Below are positions 8,332 to 19,300 of a DNA stretch of 64,000 bases, piece after piece (position 1 is the stretch's first letter; every line of letters starts with the position of its first letter). The notes under the pieces were generated by a model. That model did no database searches. It was not told where the DNA came from and was given only the letters and a program-made list of their open reading frames with translations. The position numbers were made by a program, and so were the translations under genes. Origin of the DNA: Patescibacteria group bacterium (GTDB lineage: Bacteria; Patescibacteriota; Patescibacteriia; Buchananbacterales; UBA6539); NCBI GenBank assembly GCA_028688055.1, contig JAQTYZ010000002.1, positions 68,256 through 132,255 on the forward strand. Direction: 5' to 3'.

Positions 8332-10548
8332 TTAATCAACTCTAATAAGTTGTTTGAAAAATTCGCCGCCGTTTAGATAAATGACTTTATTATTTTTGTC
8401 TAGTAACCTCAATCTAAACTTAAGAATGTAACTTCCTTTTTTGATGCGCCTTGGGTTTAGGGTAAATTTGAATTCGGCATTATCACCTGGCTTAATTGTC
8501 GCTTTATTTAGTGGCACCCCGACCACGTTTGGTCGAACCCAGTCGTTGGCGTCATAAAAAATACTAGTTGAGCCATCGTCATTATAAAGTTCTAACGCTG
8601 TTCGGCGTGATAGCCAACTCGTTGTTTGGCTATTATTTTTTACTTTCATCGTTATTTGAACTGGCTTCCAAGTATTTTTTACAGCCAATGGCAGGTTGTG
8701 ACTTATTATTTCAGCGGAGTCACCGGTTTTAACGATAATAAATTTTCCCATTGTCGCCAGTTTAGTGGTGCTACCGTTATGGTTGGAATATAAATTGAAG
8801 TTTTGTGTTAATAAACCGTTTTGATCAATGGGGGCGGTGAGCTGGAAAGTGAAGCTGCCAGTTTGACCGGCTTGGACTGAGGCTTGATCTAAAGTAATTT
8901 TATTCATTACGCCAAATGATGTTTGGTCATCGTTTTTATTACTAACTTGTACCCAAACCGTAGTTGGCGTCCAAGTTGTTTGACCAGTATTCTTAAATTT
9001 TACTGAGACCATGGCGGCTTGGCCAGTAATTAGCTGAATACTGTCGGGGGTAATTGATTCAAATTCGCCCGCGACGCTTCCGGCTGGTGTGATAGCTGGA
9101 TCTTTAATGGTGCTATCGACGTAGTCGATGATTTCACCGGCGGGATGAAGATTGAGCAAATCAGTCGAGATAGTCAGGGCTGAGGCTTGTTTGTCCGGCC
9201 CAAAGGTTCGATTAAAAATGCCCGGGTCATCGATTCTCATGCGCTGGCCGTCAGAAATTAAATAATATTTTCCGCCGCTCAAAACAAAAGTACCATCGTC
9301 GAACAAGATCGGCGTTGAGGTTGGGTATTGGTTAAGTTGATCTGAGGTGGTCGGTTCCGGTGTGGCAGCAGCAAATTTATTTTTCCAAACGACGGGATCG
9401 ACCAAGTGTTTTAGGCCATCCTGAACTTGCCAAATGGTGCCAGTTTCATCTTTAAATAATTGACCTTGCGGATAAATTGAACTAGCCGAAATCCAGGGCC
9501 CTAAAGTGTAACCGGATAAATCAGCCTCCGGAACGAATGGCAAGTCGACATTGGTGATGGCGATTGAATAGTTTTTTAGTAAAGCTAAGGCGTTATTATC
9601 AATCACCGGACGTTTTGTCAGGCCAACTAATAAATACATTTGACCTGTTGCATCAGATTTGACTAAAGTATTGTCAGCATATTTAATTGTTGGTCCATCC
9701 GGATAGGCATTCAATTGTTGAGTCGAGGCCACGATTGCCTCATTGGCGGTATGATTTTTTAAATAGAATGTTTCCGAAGTAAATTTTCTTTTTTGGTTAT
9801 CGGCAATCAGCCAGTAGTCGTTGCCATTTCTAACAACTTGACCATCCAGAAAATTTTGGCCGGTAAAGTAGCGATTCCAAATCCGCCAAAAAAGTTTATT
9901 GGCACCATAATTGACATTAATGCCAAGCTCCGGCGCCTTACCGACATGGGGCGTATAGATATAGAGGTTGGCTGTCGCCTTGTTAGCCGGTGTCACCGGA
10001 TAACCATCATAAGTCATCGTGGTCTGCCCGACCTTAAAAGAAAATTGTCCGGCGCGATCCCAGTAAATTTGTTGGGTTTCCGCTGTTGCTTGAACTTGAT
10101 TATAAAAACCTTGATATTTGTCTTTGCAGCCGCCATTAAAACAACTGTAGCCAGTGGCCCAGTCGAGCGCTTTTTCGGTAGCCGAACTTTTTTGGACTAA
10201 CCCTTGTTCTTTTTCGAGCGTGGTTAATAAAAATTCGGGATTGATATTCGTGGCTTGGCCAACATTCCAAATTATCTCTGATGCTTTTTGGGCTACGCCG
10301 TTGATGATTTGGCTATAACGCGCTAAGACGCTATTTTCTCTTTCCAGGAAAACTTGAATGGCGGTTTTTGAGAGCGCATCTTTATTGGTTAAGTCAGCAT
10401 CGGTAATAATATTATTTGGATCAAAGGTTCTGGCCTGGGCCATGGTTGGTAAAATAACAAAAAGAGCTAAGGCACTAATTCTTAGCTTGAATGGTAACTT
10501 AGAAATTTTTTTTGTTTTATTTTTTTTGTAACTTCGGCGAAAAAACAT
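8332..10548 (-). CDS. Large secreted protein: putative cell-wall-active N-terminal domain, internal repeats, C-terminal Ig-like domains
   Basis: Signal peptide; NPEFLLTTLEKEQGL; ATANLYIYTPH; repeated Y-L-I-x-x-G-x-K-R units; VKFKNTGQTTW Ig-like motif. Confidence 0.7.
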   Translation of the reverse strand: MFFRRSYKKNKTKKISKLPFKLRISALALFVILPTMAQARTFDPNNIITDADLTNKDALSKTAIQVFLERENSVLARYSQIINGVAQKASEIIWNVGQATNINPEFLLTTLEKEQGLVQKSSATEKALDWATGYSCFNGGCKDKYQGFYNQVQATAETQQIYWDRAGQFSFKVGQTTMTYDGYPVTPANKATANLYIYTPHVGKAPELGINVNYGANKLFWRIWNRYFTGQNFLDGQVVRNGNDYWLIADNQKRKFTSETFYLKNHTANEAIVASTQQLNAYPDGPTIKYADNTLVKSDATGQMYLLVGLTKRPVIDNNALALLKNYSIAITNVDLPFVPEADLSGYTLGPWISASSIYPQGQLFKDETGTIWQVQDGLKHLVDPVVWKNKFAAATPEPTTSDQLNQYPTSTPILFDDGTFVLSGGKYYLISDGQRMRIDDPGIFNRTFGPDKQASALTISTDLLNLHPAGEIIDYVDSTIKDPAITPAGSVAGEFESITPDSIQLITGQAAMVSVKFKNTGQTTWTPTTVWVQVSNKNDDQTSFGVMNKITLDQASVQAGQTGSFTFQLTAPIDQNGLLTQNFNLYSNHNGSTTKLATMGKFIIVKTGDSAEIISHNLPLAVKNTWKPVQITMKVKNNSQTTSWLSRRTALELYNDDGSTSIFYDANDWVRPNVVGVPLNKATIKPGDNAEFKFTLNPRRIKKGSYILKFRLRLLDKNNKVIYLNGGEFFKQLIRVD

Positions 10549-10674
10549 AGCGTTGCTAGTGTTGGTATTTTATCATTTTTTTAGTGGTTTGTAAATATTT
10601 GGCAGTTGTCTCGCTTTGTGGTATATTATAAGCAGTTTTATTAAATAAAAATCATCAAGAAAGGGGGTGAGAAT

Positions 10675-11034
10675 ATGAAAAAAGGATTAATTATTGCTTC
10701 AATGGTTTTTCTATTCGCGCTATCCGTTATGCCGGCCTTAGCTTTGGATGTTGGTTTAAATTACGGCACTTACACTGGTTTAGGAACAAAGGACTTGCGT
10801 GAAGGTATAATGGCAATTGTTAACGTCTTGATGGGCTTTTTGGGTATTATCGCCATCATTATCATTTTGTACGGCGGTTTCACTTGGATGACTGCCGGTG
10901 GTAATGAAGAAAAGGTCAGTCAGGCCAAAAAGATTATCACTGCCGGCATCGTCGGTTTGGTAATCATCTTCATTTCATTTGCTATCGCCAGCTTCGTCAT
11001 TACGCAGTTAATTTCCGCCACTGGCGCTGTTTAA
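10675..11034 (+). CDS. VirB2/TrbC-like pilin, close paralog of 2473..2832
   Basis: Shared NYGTYTGLGTKDLREGIM and AKKIITAG; same SD AAGGGGGTGA. Confidence 0.9.
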   Translation: MKKGLIIASMVFLFALSVMPALALDVGLNYGTYTGLGTKDLREGIMAIVNVLMGFLGIIAIIIILYGGFTWMTAGGNEEKVSQAKKIITAGIVGLVIIFISFAIASFVITQLISATGAV

Positions 11035-11076
11035 ACAATAAAATTACTTAAGGCTTTTCCGTTTGGTAAATTATTT

Positions 11077-11748
11077 ATGCCATCAATCAACGACTGGGGG
11101 TCGGTTGCGACCTCTTCCCTAAATGAAATTTGGTTTCGCTTTGTCGATTTGGTCCCTAACCTGATTGGCGCCGCGTTAGTTTTGATTGTTGGTATTTTTT
11201 TGGCGCAGGCCGTTGGTCGCGTCATTGCCAAACTGATTCATAAAATTTATGTCGATCGCGCTGCCGAAACTACTGGTCTAACCACTTTTTTGCAGCGCCT
11301 TGGATTTAAACTTGAAATCAGTAGAGCCTTAGGTCTTCTGGTTACCTGGTTTTTGTATATCATTATTTTAGTCGCCACCGCTGAAATTTTGGGTCTTGAT
11401 CAGATTTCTCAATTTTTGGGTTCGGTGGTCCTCTATATCCCAAACGTCCTGATTGCCGTGGTTATTTTGCTCGTTGGCATTATCGTTTCTAATTTTGTTC
11501 ACACGTTAGTTAAAGAAATGTCGATTGCCGCTAATTTAGATTTTGCCGATTCGTTAGCTAATGTTGCCAAATGGGCGTTGTTAATTTTTACCTTTATGGC
11601 CGCCCTAATTCAGCTTCGGGTGGCCACGGAGTTAATTCAGATTTTATTTACCGGTTTGGTGTTAATGGTTTCCTTGGCCGGTGGTATTGCTTTTGGGCTT
11701 GGTGGTAAAGATCAGGCTAAAGAATTTTTAGATAAATTGATTAAGTAG
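11077..11748 (+). CDS. TM-helix repeat protein (MscS/CmpX-like membrane protein)
   Basis: VPNLIGAALVL, YIPNVLIA, GIAFGLGGKD. Confidence 0.85.
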   Translation: MPSINDWGSVATSSLNEIWFRFVDLVPNLIGAALVLIVGIFLAQAVGRVIAKLIHKIYVDRAAETTGLTTFLQRLGFKLEISRALGLLVTWFLYIIILVATAEILGLDQISQFLGSVVLYIPNVLIAVVILLVGIIVSNFVHTLVKEMSIAANLDFADSLANVAKWALLIFTFMAALIQLRVATELIQILFTGLVLMVSLAGGIAFGLGGKDQAKEFLDKLIK

Positions 11749-11767
11749 TAGGTTTTAATAAAAAAAT

Positions 11768-11790
11768 AACCCCCGACGTGCGGGGGTTTT
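11768..11790. terminator. Bidirectional intrinsic terminator
   Basis: AACCCCCG-ACGTG-CGGGGGTT flanked by A/T tracts. Confidence 0.8.
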
Positions 11791-11801
11791 ATCATTGCCA
11801 A

Positions 11802-12449
11802 TTATTTTATTTCAGCTAAGCCGTAAATGGCAAAGGGTTTTTGTCGTTCAAGTGCCCAGATTTGATTGCCATAATCGAAATGCCACCATTCATATTGGTC
11901 AAATCGAAAACCGCCGGTCACCATCGCTTCGCGCAGCAATTTTCGGTTAGCTCTGATTTTTTGGTCAAGTTCAGGATGATTTTCATAATATAAGGCCGCG
12001 TCTTCATCGCTAAAATGATCAAACTCACCACCCATATTAAGTTCCTGGCCATCTTGATCGACCAAGGTCAGATCGACCGCGCCGCCGGTTAAATGGAGTG
12101 GTATTTTTTTAGGGTTATAAGGGTCGGAGACAAAAGTTAAAGTTCGGTCTTTAAGTTGTTCGTCGTTCCAAGTTGGGTTAAGTTTTTTCAGTTTGTCGTG
12201 AAGTGTATCATAGAGAATTTTTTGCGTTTTGTAGTCGCGCCAACCGTCCCAAATTTTAATTTTATGGTCCCCGAGACTTTTTTGAACTTCTAAAAGTTTT
12301 TTGGCTGCTGACTCACGTAAGTACATTGCTGTTCGATCAGCGATATTATTTTTGAAGTACATCGGTTCGAGTACAAAACCATAAGCTTTGAGATTAACCA
12401 GCGGTTCGCCGCACTCTTTAATAATAATATGTTCGTAATCTCTAATCAT
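11802..12449 (-). CDS. D-alanyl-D-alanine dipeptidase (M15D, VanX/DdpX family)
   Basis: DGWR, HLTGGAVDLTL, EWWHFDYG; ATG overlaps the upstream TGA. Confidence 0.9.
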   Translation of the reverse strand: MIRDYEHIIIKECGEPLVNLKAYGFVLEPMYFKNNIADRTAMYLRESAAKKLLEVQKSLGDHKIKIWDGWRDYKTQKILYDTLHDKLKKLNPTWNDEQLKDRTLTFVSDPYNPKKIPLHLTGGAVDLTLVDQDGQELNMGGEFDHFSDEDAALYYENHPELDQKIRANRKLLREAMVTGGFRFDQYEWWHFDYGNQIWALERQKPFAIYGLAEIK

Positions 12450-13723
12450 AGGATAGCTATAATCAGCCAAAATAAAATTGCTAAGTCATTTTTAAAATAG
12501 GGGACATCAATTAAGCCATGAATTATAATTGTGATCATCGCCGCCATGATTCCTAACGTCAACCACTTGTCTGTTTTTATTTTTACTATCCCTGACTTGA
12601 AAAACTGGACCATTAGTAGCGCCATACCGGTTAGTCCAATCAAGCCGATTTCGACCCAGAAATTTAGAATAATATTGTGCGGGTACAGTAAGGGTTCTAA
12701 TTTTAGCGGGTCACGCCATTGATTTTGGATTTTAGCAAAGCCCAAGATGCCCGCGCCAGCAACAAAGTTAGTCGGGCTGGCGGTTAAATAATTATTGGCC
12801 ATTTGCCAAAGTTCTAAACGGTTTTGGCTTGAGCTGCTTTTGACGACTCCGGACAGCAGCGACGGTTGCAACGAAATTGCTAACAGGCCAATGATAAATA
12901 TTATTAGCACTGCCGCAACAGTTTTTTTCTGGCTGACGCCAAAAAATAACATGAAAATAAGAGCCGCTGTTAATCCCAACCACGTCCCTTCGGACCAGGT
13001 AAAAAATATTGCCACTAAGCTGATTAATATTAGGGAAGCTTTAAGGACGGTTGGCCAGATTTTTTTTATTTCGCTTAGCAACCAACCAAAGTAAATGGCA
13101 ACAATGGGTGCCAAATAAAGTCCCACGGCATTGGGCGATGAGAATATTGAAGTAACCCGTCGGTGCGCCATCGCGGTCCAGGCTGGCTCATAAATACCAA
13201 AGCCAGTAAATTTTTGGTCAATGGCCAATAAGGCGATTGGTAAAGCCGAAATACCCAGTGACCATAAAATAATTTTTTGGTTTTTCTTTCCTGGCCAGAT
13301 ATTATATAGCAGCACAAAAAACATAATTGGCTCGATGAAATAAGCTTTCCATAAACCGGCCGCTTCGATTTTATTAGGTGCAATAATCATCCCAATCGTC
13401 GCGCCGACTAAAATTAAAATAATCGCCGCTCGATAAGGATACTGCCCGCCTCGCTTTATTTTATGTTTTATTAAATTGGCAATCGTGAAGCTTACAAAAA
13501 CCACCCAGATTAGAAGTTCTAAAAAAGTGATTGGCAAAAATGCCAAACGTGAGCGAAATAAATAAGTTGGCAAGCAGATAATAATTAAGCTTACCGCCCA
13601 AGCTGGTTTTTTGCTGGCCAGATAGCCGGCCAGCACGACGATAATAAGCAAGCCGATGTTAATCGGCCACCAGAACTGATTTAAGACGTGCGCAATTTGC
13701 CAATTGAAATCAAACCAAAACAT
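12446..13723 (-). CDS. O-antigen ligase family membrane protein
   Basis: RVTSIFSSPN, PHNIILNFWVEIGLIG, HGLID. Confidence 0.9.
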   Translation of the reverse strand: MFWFDFNWQIAHVLNQFWWPINIGLLIIVVLAGYLASKKPAWAVSLIIICLPTYLFRSRLAFLPITFLELLIWVVFVSFTIANLIKHKIKRGGQYPYRAAIILILVGATIGMIIAPNKIEAAGLWKAYFIEPIMFFVLLYNIWPGKKNQKIILWSLGISALPIALLAIDQKFTGFGIYEPAWTAMAHRRVTSIFSSPNAVGLYLAPIVAIYFGWLLSEIKKIWPTVLKASLILISLVAIFFTWSEGTWLGLTAALIFMLFFGVSQKKTVAAVLIIFIIGLLAISLQPSLLSGVVKSSSSQNRLELWQMANNYLTASPTNFVAGAGILGFAKIQNQWRDPLKLEPLLYPHNIILNFWVEIGLIGLTGMALLMVQFFKSGIVKIKTDKWLTLGIMAAMITIIIHGLIDVPYFKNDLAILFWLIIAIL

Positions 13724-13724
13724 A

Positions 13725-14723
13725 TTAATTCAAAATCTTTATATAAAATCCTTTTTTAACTTTGGCCGCCCAGGCGGCAACTCTTTGGTAGTAGACCGGG
13801 TCGACTTTTGACAGCCGGATTAATTTGCCATCCTGCAAAAAGTAGGGGTCAACGACCCGAGTTTTTGAAGTGCCCCAGAAGTCAGCCGCTGTTTTTTTGG
13901 ATACGATTTTAATTTTTAAATTTTTGATTTGTTGCAATTTTTTGGTAATGATTGGATTTTTAGTGTGGCCTAACTTTTTTAGAATGTATTCATCGGTAGT
14001 ATAAAGTTCTTTTTTGGTAATAATTTTTTTTGTCAGCGCTTCACGGAGGACCTGGGCTGAGATGGTATAAATGGCAATTTGGAGCGGTTTGCACCAGTTA
14101 TTTCGGTTATGCTTTTCATAAAGTCGAGCGAATGCTTGGGCGCCGCTCCGGCTTTTAAATACAAACTGCTGCTGATAAACGGTCAGGTCTTTTAAGATTT
14201 TTTTGGGATCAGCGGTATCAAATACTTTAGCCCAAGGATCGGATAACGTGTAATCAATGCGATCAGCACACAGATCCGGTAAATCGCGTTCGGCTAATGG
14301 AAAGGTGCTCGTGCTTAGAATTTTAGTATGGTTAAAGCCATACTTTTTTAAAATTGCGTTGACCCCCTGAAGTTGAAAGGCTTTTCCTAGTCGATCGTCT
14401 TGATAGCTGTGTTTACTGGTGTCCTTATTAAATAAAAAATCGGCAACGTGAGAAAATACCGTGTGTGATATGTCGTGGAGCAACCCATGGAGCTGTTCTT
14501 CAATGCTAGCATTAAACTTTCGCAACAATAACATAACGCCGATTGAGTGGTCATAACGACTAAAGTGATGACTTTTTTTCCAGCTTTGGTGCAACTGCCA
14601 AGTGCCGTGCTGTTCGATTTTTTTTAGTCGTTGGAGCGCTGGCGATTTAATTAAATCAATCAGTACTGGCTCCTTAATTGTAACGTGCCCATAAAGTGGG
14701 CTATTAATTTTTATGGCTTTCAT
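13725..14723 (-). CDS. HD-domain phosphohydrolase (dNTPase/SAMHD1-like)
   Basis: SRYDHSIGV, LLHDISHTVFSH, ADRIDY. Confidence 0.88.
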   Translation of the reverse strand: MKAIKINSPLYGHVTIKEPVLIDLIKSPALQRLKKIEQHGTWQLHQSWKKSHHFSRYDHSIGVMLLLRKFNASIEEQLHGLLHDISHTVFSHVADFLFNKDTSKHSYQDDRLGKAFQLQGVNAILKKYGFNHTKILSTSTFPLAERDLPDLCADRIDYTLSDPWAKVFDTADPKKILKDLTVYQQQFVFKSRSGAQAFARLYEKHNRNNWCKPLQIAIYTISAQVLREALTKKIITKKELYTTDEYILKKLGHTKNPIITKKLQQIKNLKIKIVSKKTAADFWGTSKTRVVDPYFLQDGKLIRLSKVDPVYYQRVAAWAAKVKKGFYIKILN

Positions 14724-16138
14724 TTTATTGAAATAATTTCGGCCACTAATTTTTTATTGATGGCCCCAAGTAAAACCAACATTAAGCCATACACTGCCGC
14801 GCCGATAACAATGGAAGCCGCTAGGTTGATTGTTGGAAAATAGGCTAGAGTGCCGCCCATTACCGCTGCCGCGACAATAATTTTGGCCACCAAATTAATT
14901 TTTGGCAAAAAACTTATTTTTTTATATAAAACATAACTGGCGGTCACTAAAATAAAGCCTTCGGTAAAAACCGTCATCCAAGCCGCCCCCCAATATGAGT
15001 AGCGGGGGATAAAGATCAAGTAGCCGATAATTGAAACAACGGCATTAATAAAATAAAATTTAATCATTTGTTTCTGGGCGTTGAGGGCCACGACGGCATA
15101 GCCAAACAGGCTGGCAATAAAAATAGTTGCTGTCGCAATCAAGAGGATTTTAATAATATCACCCGAGATGATAAAATCGGCGCCAGCGATTAAGGCCATT
15201 AATGGCCGACCCAAAAAATAGCCGCCGACGACCATCGGTATTGCTAGCATCATTAAAAAGTCAAACGCTGATTGAATGGTTGTTTTTAGTTTATTAAAAT
15301 CTTTAATGGCCACCGCGGTTGCCAGAATTGGCAGGATTAAACCCAAGAAGATATAGACGGTATTAATGAGGACGTCTAAAACCCGATAGGGAGCGCCGTA
15401 CAAACCAACTTCCGCTTGGGTTCGCGTCAGTGACATGATAATAATATCACCTTTGAAATAAATTAGGTTTAGGGCAATGGTTAAGGCAATTGGCCAAGTT
15501 TGGCTGAGGATTTTTTTCCAGACGGTTTGGTTTATTTCAAATTTTAATTTAATTTTTTTATCAGCAAAATATAATAAAATGGCCAACGTCAGTAAACTGT
15601 CTAAAGTAATGGCGGCAATCACGGCGATTAGGCCTAAGTTGAAATAAATCGCTAACAAAATACCAGCTAAATAAATAATTTTGGCCACCACCTCGGCGAT
15701 GGCCAGCTTGTGCATGATTAAATGTTTTTGGAAATAGCTGGTTAAAGTTGAAACCAGCGAACTAAAAACAAAACCAATGGCGGCAACAATTGTGCCGGCT
15801 TTAATAATCGTTGGGTAAGGAAAAAAAATAATTACCAGCGGCGCAATGCCTAAAAAAATCAACGACGCCACTAGTCGCAGCGATAGGGCATTGCTAAGGA
15901 TTTCACTTTCGTTTTCGTTTGGGTCAGAAATTAATTGGGTGGTGGTCATCTGTAATCCGAGGTCAACTAAAATTCCGAAGACGGCCAGGAAGCCGTAAAT
16001 CGTCGTGTAATAACCAAAACCTTCTTGACCTAAATATCTCGTCATCGCTCCAAAACCGATTAAGGCCATCGCCACGGTAATGGTTTTGCCAAGTAGTTGG
16101 ATGATGGTGTTGTGCGCAATTTTTTTAATTTCCGTCAT
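14720..16138 (-). CDS. Polysaccharide flippase (Wzx/MATE-like)
   Basis: RYLGQEGFGYY, DLGL, EVGLY, LIFIPRYSYWGAA; many TM helices. Confidence 0.9.
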   Translation of the reverse strand: MTEIKKIAHNTIIQLLGKTITVAMALIGFGAMTRYLGQEGFGYYTTIYGFLAVFGILVDLGLQMTTTQLISDPNENESEILSNALSLRLVASLIFLGIAPLVIIFFPYPTIIKAGTIVAAIGFVFSSLVSTLTSYFQKHLIMHKLAIAEVVAKIIYLAGILLAIYFNLGLIAVIAAITLDSLLTLAILLYFADKKIKLKFEINQTVWKKILSQTWPIALTIALNLIYFKGDIIIMSLTRTQAEVGLYGAPYRVLDVLINTVYIFLGLILPILATAVAIKDFNKLKTTIQSAFDFLMMLAIPMVVGGYFLGRPLMALIAGADFIISGDIIKILLIATATIFIASLFGYAVVALNAQKQMIKFYFINAVVSIIGYLIFIPRYSYWGAAWMTVFTEGFILVTASYVLYKKISFLPKINLVAKIIVAAAVMGGTLAYFPTINLAASIVIGAAVYGLMLVLLGAINKKLVAEIISIK

Positions 16139-16169
16139 ACATCAGGAATGATAACATTTATTAAGCTTG

Positions 16170-16199
16170 GTTGACAAAAAGTTTTTGTTGTGCTATACT
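16170..16199 (+). promoter_or_regulatory. Sigma70 promoter, copy 1 of a 30-bp direct repeat
   Basis: G-TTGACA-17 bp-TATACT with extended -10 TG; identical to 19876..19905. Confidence 0.85.
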
Positions 16200-16395
16200 A
16201 TATTTAGTGAGGGCTTAGTTGCGCTCTTCTTTATTATCTCAAATTACCTCCAAGAGGTTTTTAATTTCTTAATAATTAAAAGAATACGTATGACTCTAAG
16301 GTCATTCGATTCTAGTATCACAAAGCGGCGGCTGTGGTTAGTCATTACCGTAAAGTTGGGTATTAATCCCAACTCTTTTTAGTTATTGAAATTGT

Positions 16396-19300
16396 ATGGC
16401 GGACCGGAAAAAAATAAATTGGCGTGGTCCACGCGTTAAGGTGGTCGGTGTTTTATTATTTGGGTCTGTCATGTTGGTTGGTGGCGTGTTGGTTTTTCGA
16501 TTGGTTATAAATCATGGTCGGGTCTTAGGCGAGTATACTGTTGCCACCACGGACAATCCATTAGTTGCTACAATTACTGTTGATGAGTCAGCTTGGTTTA
16601 CCAATGTAACTTCCTGGCGGCCGGATGGCTTTTCGGTCACCAAAGGATATGCTCCTTTCCCCGTTTTTTTTCAGGGTTGGGAGTCGACCCCAAGAGCCGA
16701 GCTTGTTGATTATAACTGGAATTTTGGCGATCCCGGTGCGATTGGTAAAAATTTAAATATTTTAACTGGTTTTAACTCGGCCCACGTCTTTGAACAGCCG
16801 GGCAACTATCGTGTCACCTTAACGGTCAAAAACCGCCAAGGCCAAACGGCTCAAGCCACGATTGACGTTGAAGTTTTAGAACGGCCTAGTACTGGTAAGT
16901 ATTACGTTGATTCGATTAATGGCCGTGATACTTATACTGGTAAGTGCCAAACCTATTCCGTCACTGACAATTGTGGCCCTTGGCAAACGGCGGAAAAGGC
17001 GTTCGCCAACGTTTATGTTCATCCTACTGGTGGCGACTCTTCTTTTTATCAATATGGTGATAGTGTCTTATTTAAACGAGGGGGTACTTATCCGATAATG
17101 ACTGGCACCACCACCGAAATCTGGATCCAGGGTGTACTATTTGGAGCTTATGGTGAGGGGGCTAAACCTATCATCCAATATAACGGTAGCACGGATTCTG
17201 TTAATGGTGCTGCTGGTCGAGTGATTACTGGGAAAGCTGGTTCACACGATGTTTATTTTCAAGATTTAAATTTTGAATTCAAAAATCCTACCGTCAGCGC
17301 TCGCTTAACCGGCTTAATCAGTGTTGCTGATCAAAGCCGCGGCTTTCTTTTCTTGCGCGTTGACGCTGAAGATCCCAGAGCTTCCTTGTTTCGTTTTGGT
17401 GGTCCTAGCTCGGCCGCAATGGCGAATGAAGCAATCGTTACCGGTGTTTATGTAATTGATAGCTCCGTTAAACTAAATTATTATGGTCAAGATTCGGTTA
17501 ATGATCCAAATTTTGGCGGCAGTGATATGTTTTTTGGTTATATGCGCAATATGGCTTGGATCGGCAATACTTTTGACAAGTCTGATGGTCACATCGCCTA
17601 TTTATCACATCTAAATAAAGCCGTCATTATCAATAACGTCTTTAGTCGTCCGGCTTTTAGTAGAAATGCGTTGAGAATTGACGGCAGTTTGGTTAATAAT
17701 AAAGGTACCAATAATGTTTATGTCGCCGATAATTATTTTCTCGGTTGGCGGGATCCGATTGATAGTACTCGCAGTGACGCTGGTGGTGCTATTCACAATG
17801 GTGGCGGTACCAGATATAACTTGGAATTGATTCACCTGGGGCCGAATAGTGGCCTGACTGATCAATCTATTAGTGACGTTGTTTTTGAGCGTAATATCGT
17901 CACTAATTATGAAAGTGTGATGTCCATTGCTGACGCTGATAACATTATAATTCGCAATAATTTATTTATTACGCCAAATCAGCAGGCGGTTTCTCCCGGT
18001 AGTTTAGTAATTGGCAATCGTGACTGGGAAAAAAGACCGAATAATAATATTACGATCGTTGGCAACACTTTTGCTATCCAGTCAAAATCTCCCTCCGGTG
18101 CTTTACCGTCGGCGGCCTTTTATATTAATCCATATAATACTAGCCGCGGCACGACCATTGGTATCACGCAGCACACCAATATAAAAATTCTCAATAACCT
18201 GGTTTATCGCCCCCAAGCTAGTTCGCCGGTTATCGCGGCTTTTAATTATAATCCGCCGGCTACTTTAAAGTCGCAATTACACTTTGATGGCAATCTCTAT
18301 TACGCCCAGACCGCCACCGATGACAAGATGTTTGCTTATTTTAACTGGAGTGGCAATACGGTTGTCTCCACAACCTATTATACTTTTTCTGAATGGCAGA
18401 CTTTAAAAGATGCCAATGGCGTTGGTTATAACTATGACCCAAGTAGCCAAGCGTCTAGTAGTTTAGCCTTTGCCTCGTTGTTATTTAATTCATTACCGGT
18501 ATTTTACTCAAATAATCCAGGTTATCCTTTTACTTTAGACGATAATATCAGCCAAGCCGATTCCTATAAGGAGATGTTTAAATTAATTAATAATGCCACT
18601 AATCCCGCCATTGACAATGGTGTTGATCTTAACAACTATCTGCCCAGTAATTATTTACCTTACGATTTTAGTGGTAACGAGCGGCCGGATGGCTCATTAT
18701 TAAATGGTACAAATTATGATATCGGCGCCTATGAAATATATAAAAATTCCGTTCCGAAACCCGCTCCTTGCGTGGAGCATTGGTCTTGCAGTGCTTGGTT
18801 AACCTGCAGTTCATCGAGTTCTCAGACCAGAACCTGCACTGACGCCAATCATTGCGGTACCACGGTAACTAAGCCGCTGGAAAGTCAAAGTTGCGTCCCT
18901 GCGCCATCCGCTTGTGTGGAGAGTTGGTCTTGTACTAGCTGGTCGGCGTGTGCCGCCAATAATACCCAATCGCGTTTATGCGCCGATGCAAATAATTGCA
19001 GCACCACTAACGACAAACCTAGCATTTCGCAGTCTTGTGGCAATACTTCTACTCCTAATGCCAGTGCTGGGTCCGGTGGCGCACCACCGCCGACGGTAAC
19101 TTTGACACCATCACCAACCACGGAGACCGAAAATAGCACTACGCCAACCGCCCCGTTACTCAGCGGGTCATTAGTCAAAACCGCTAATTCACCCAAGCTT
19201 TATTTAATTGGCGCCGACCGTAAAATAAGATATATCCCAACTTACGGCATCTTTTTAGCCAATCGATTCTTAAGCAAGCATATTGAAGTCTTATCCGATT

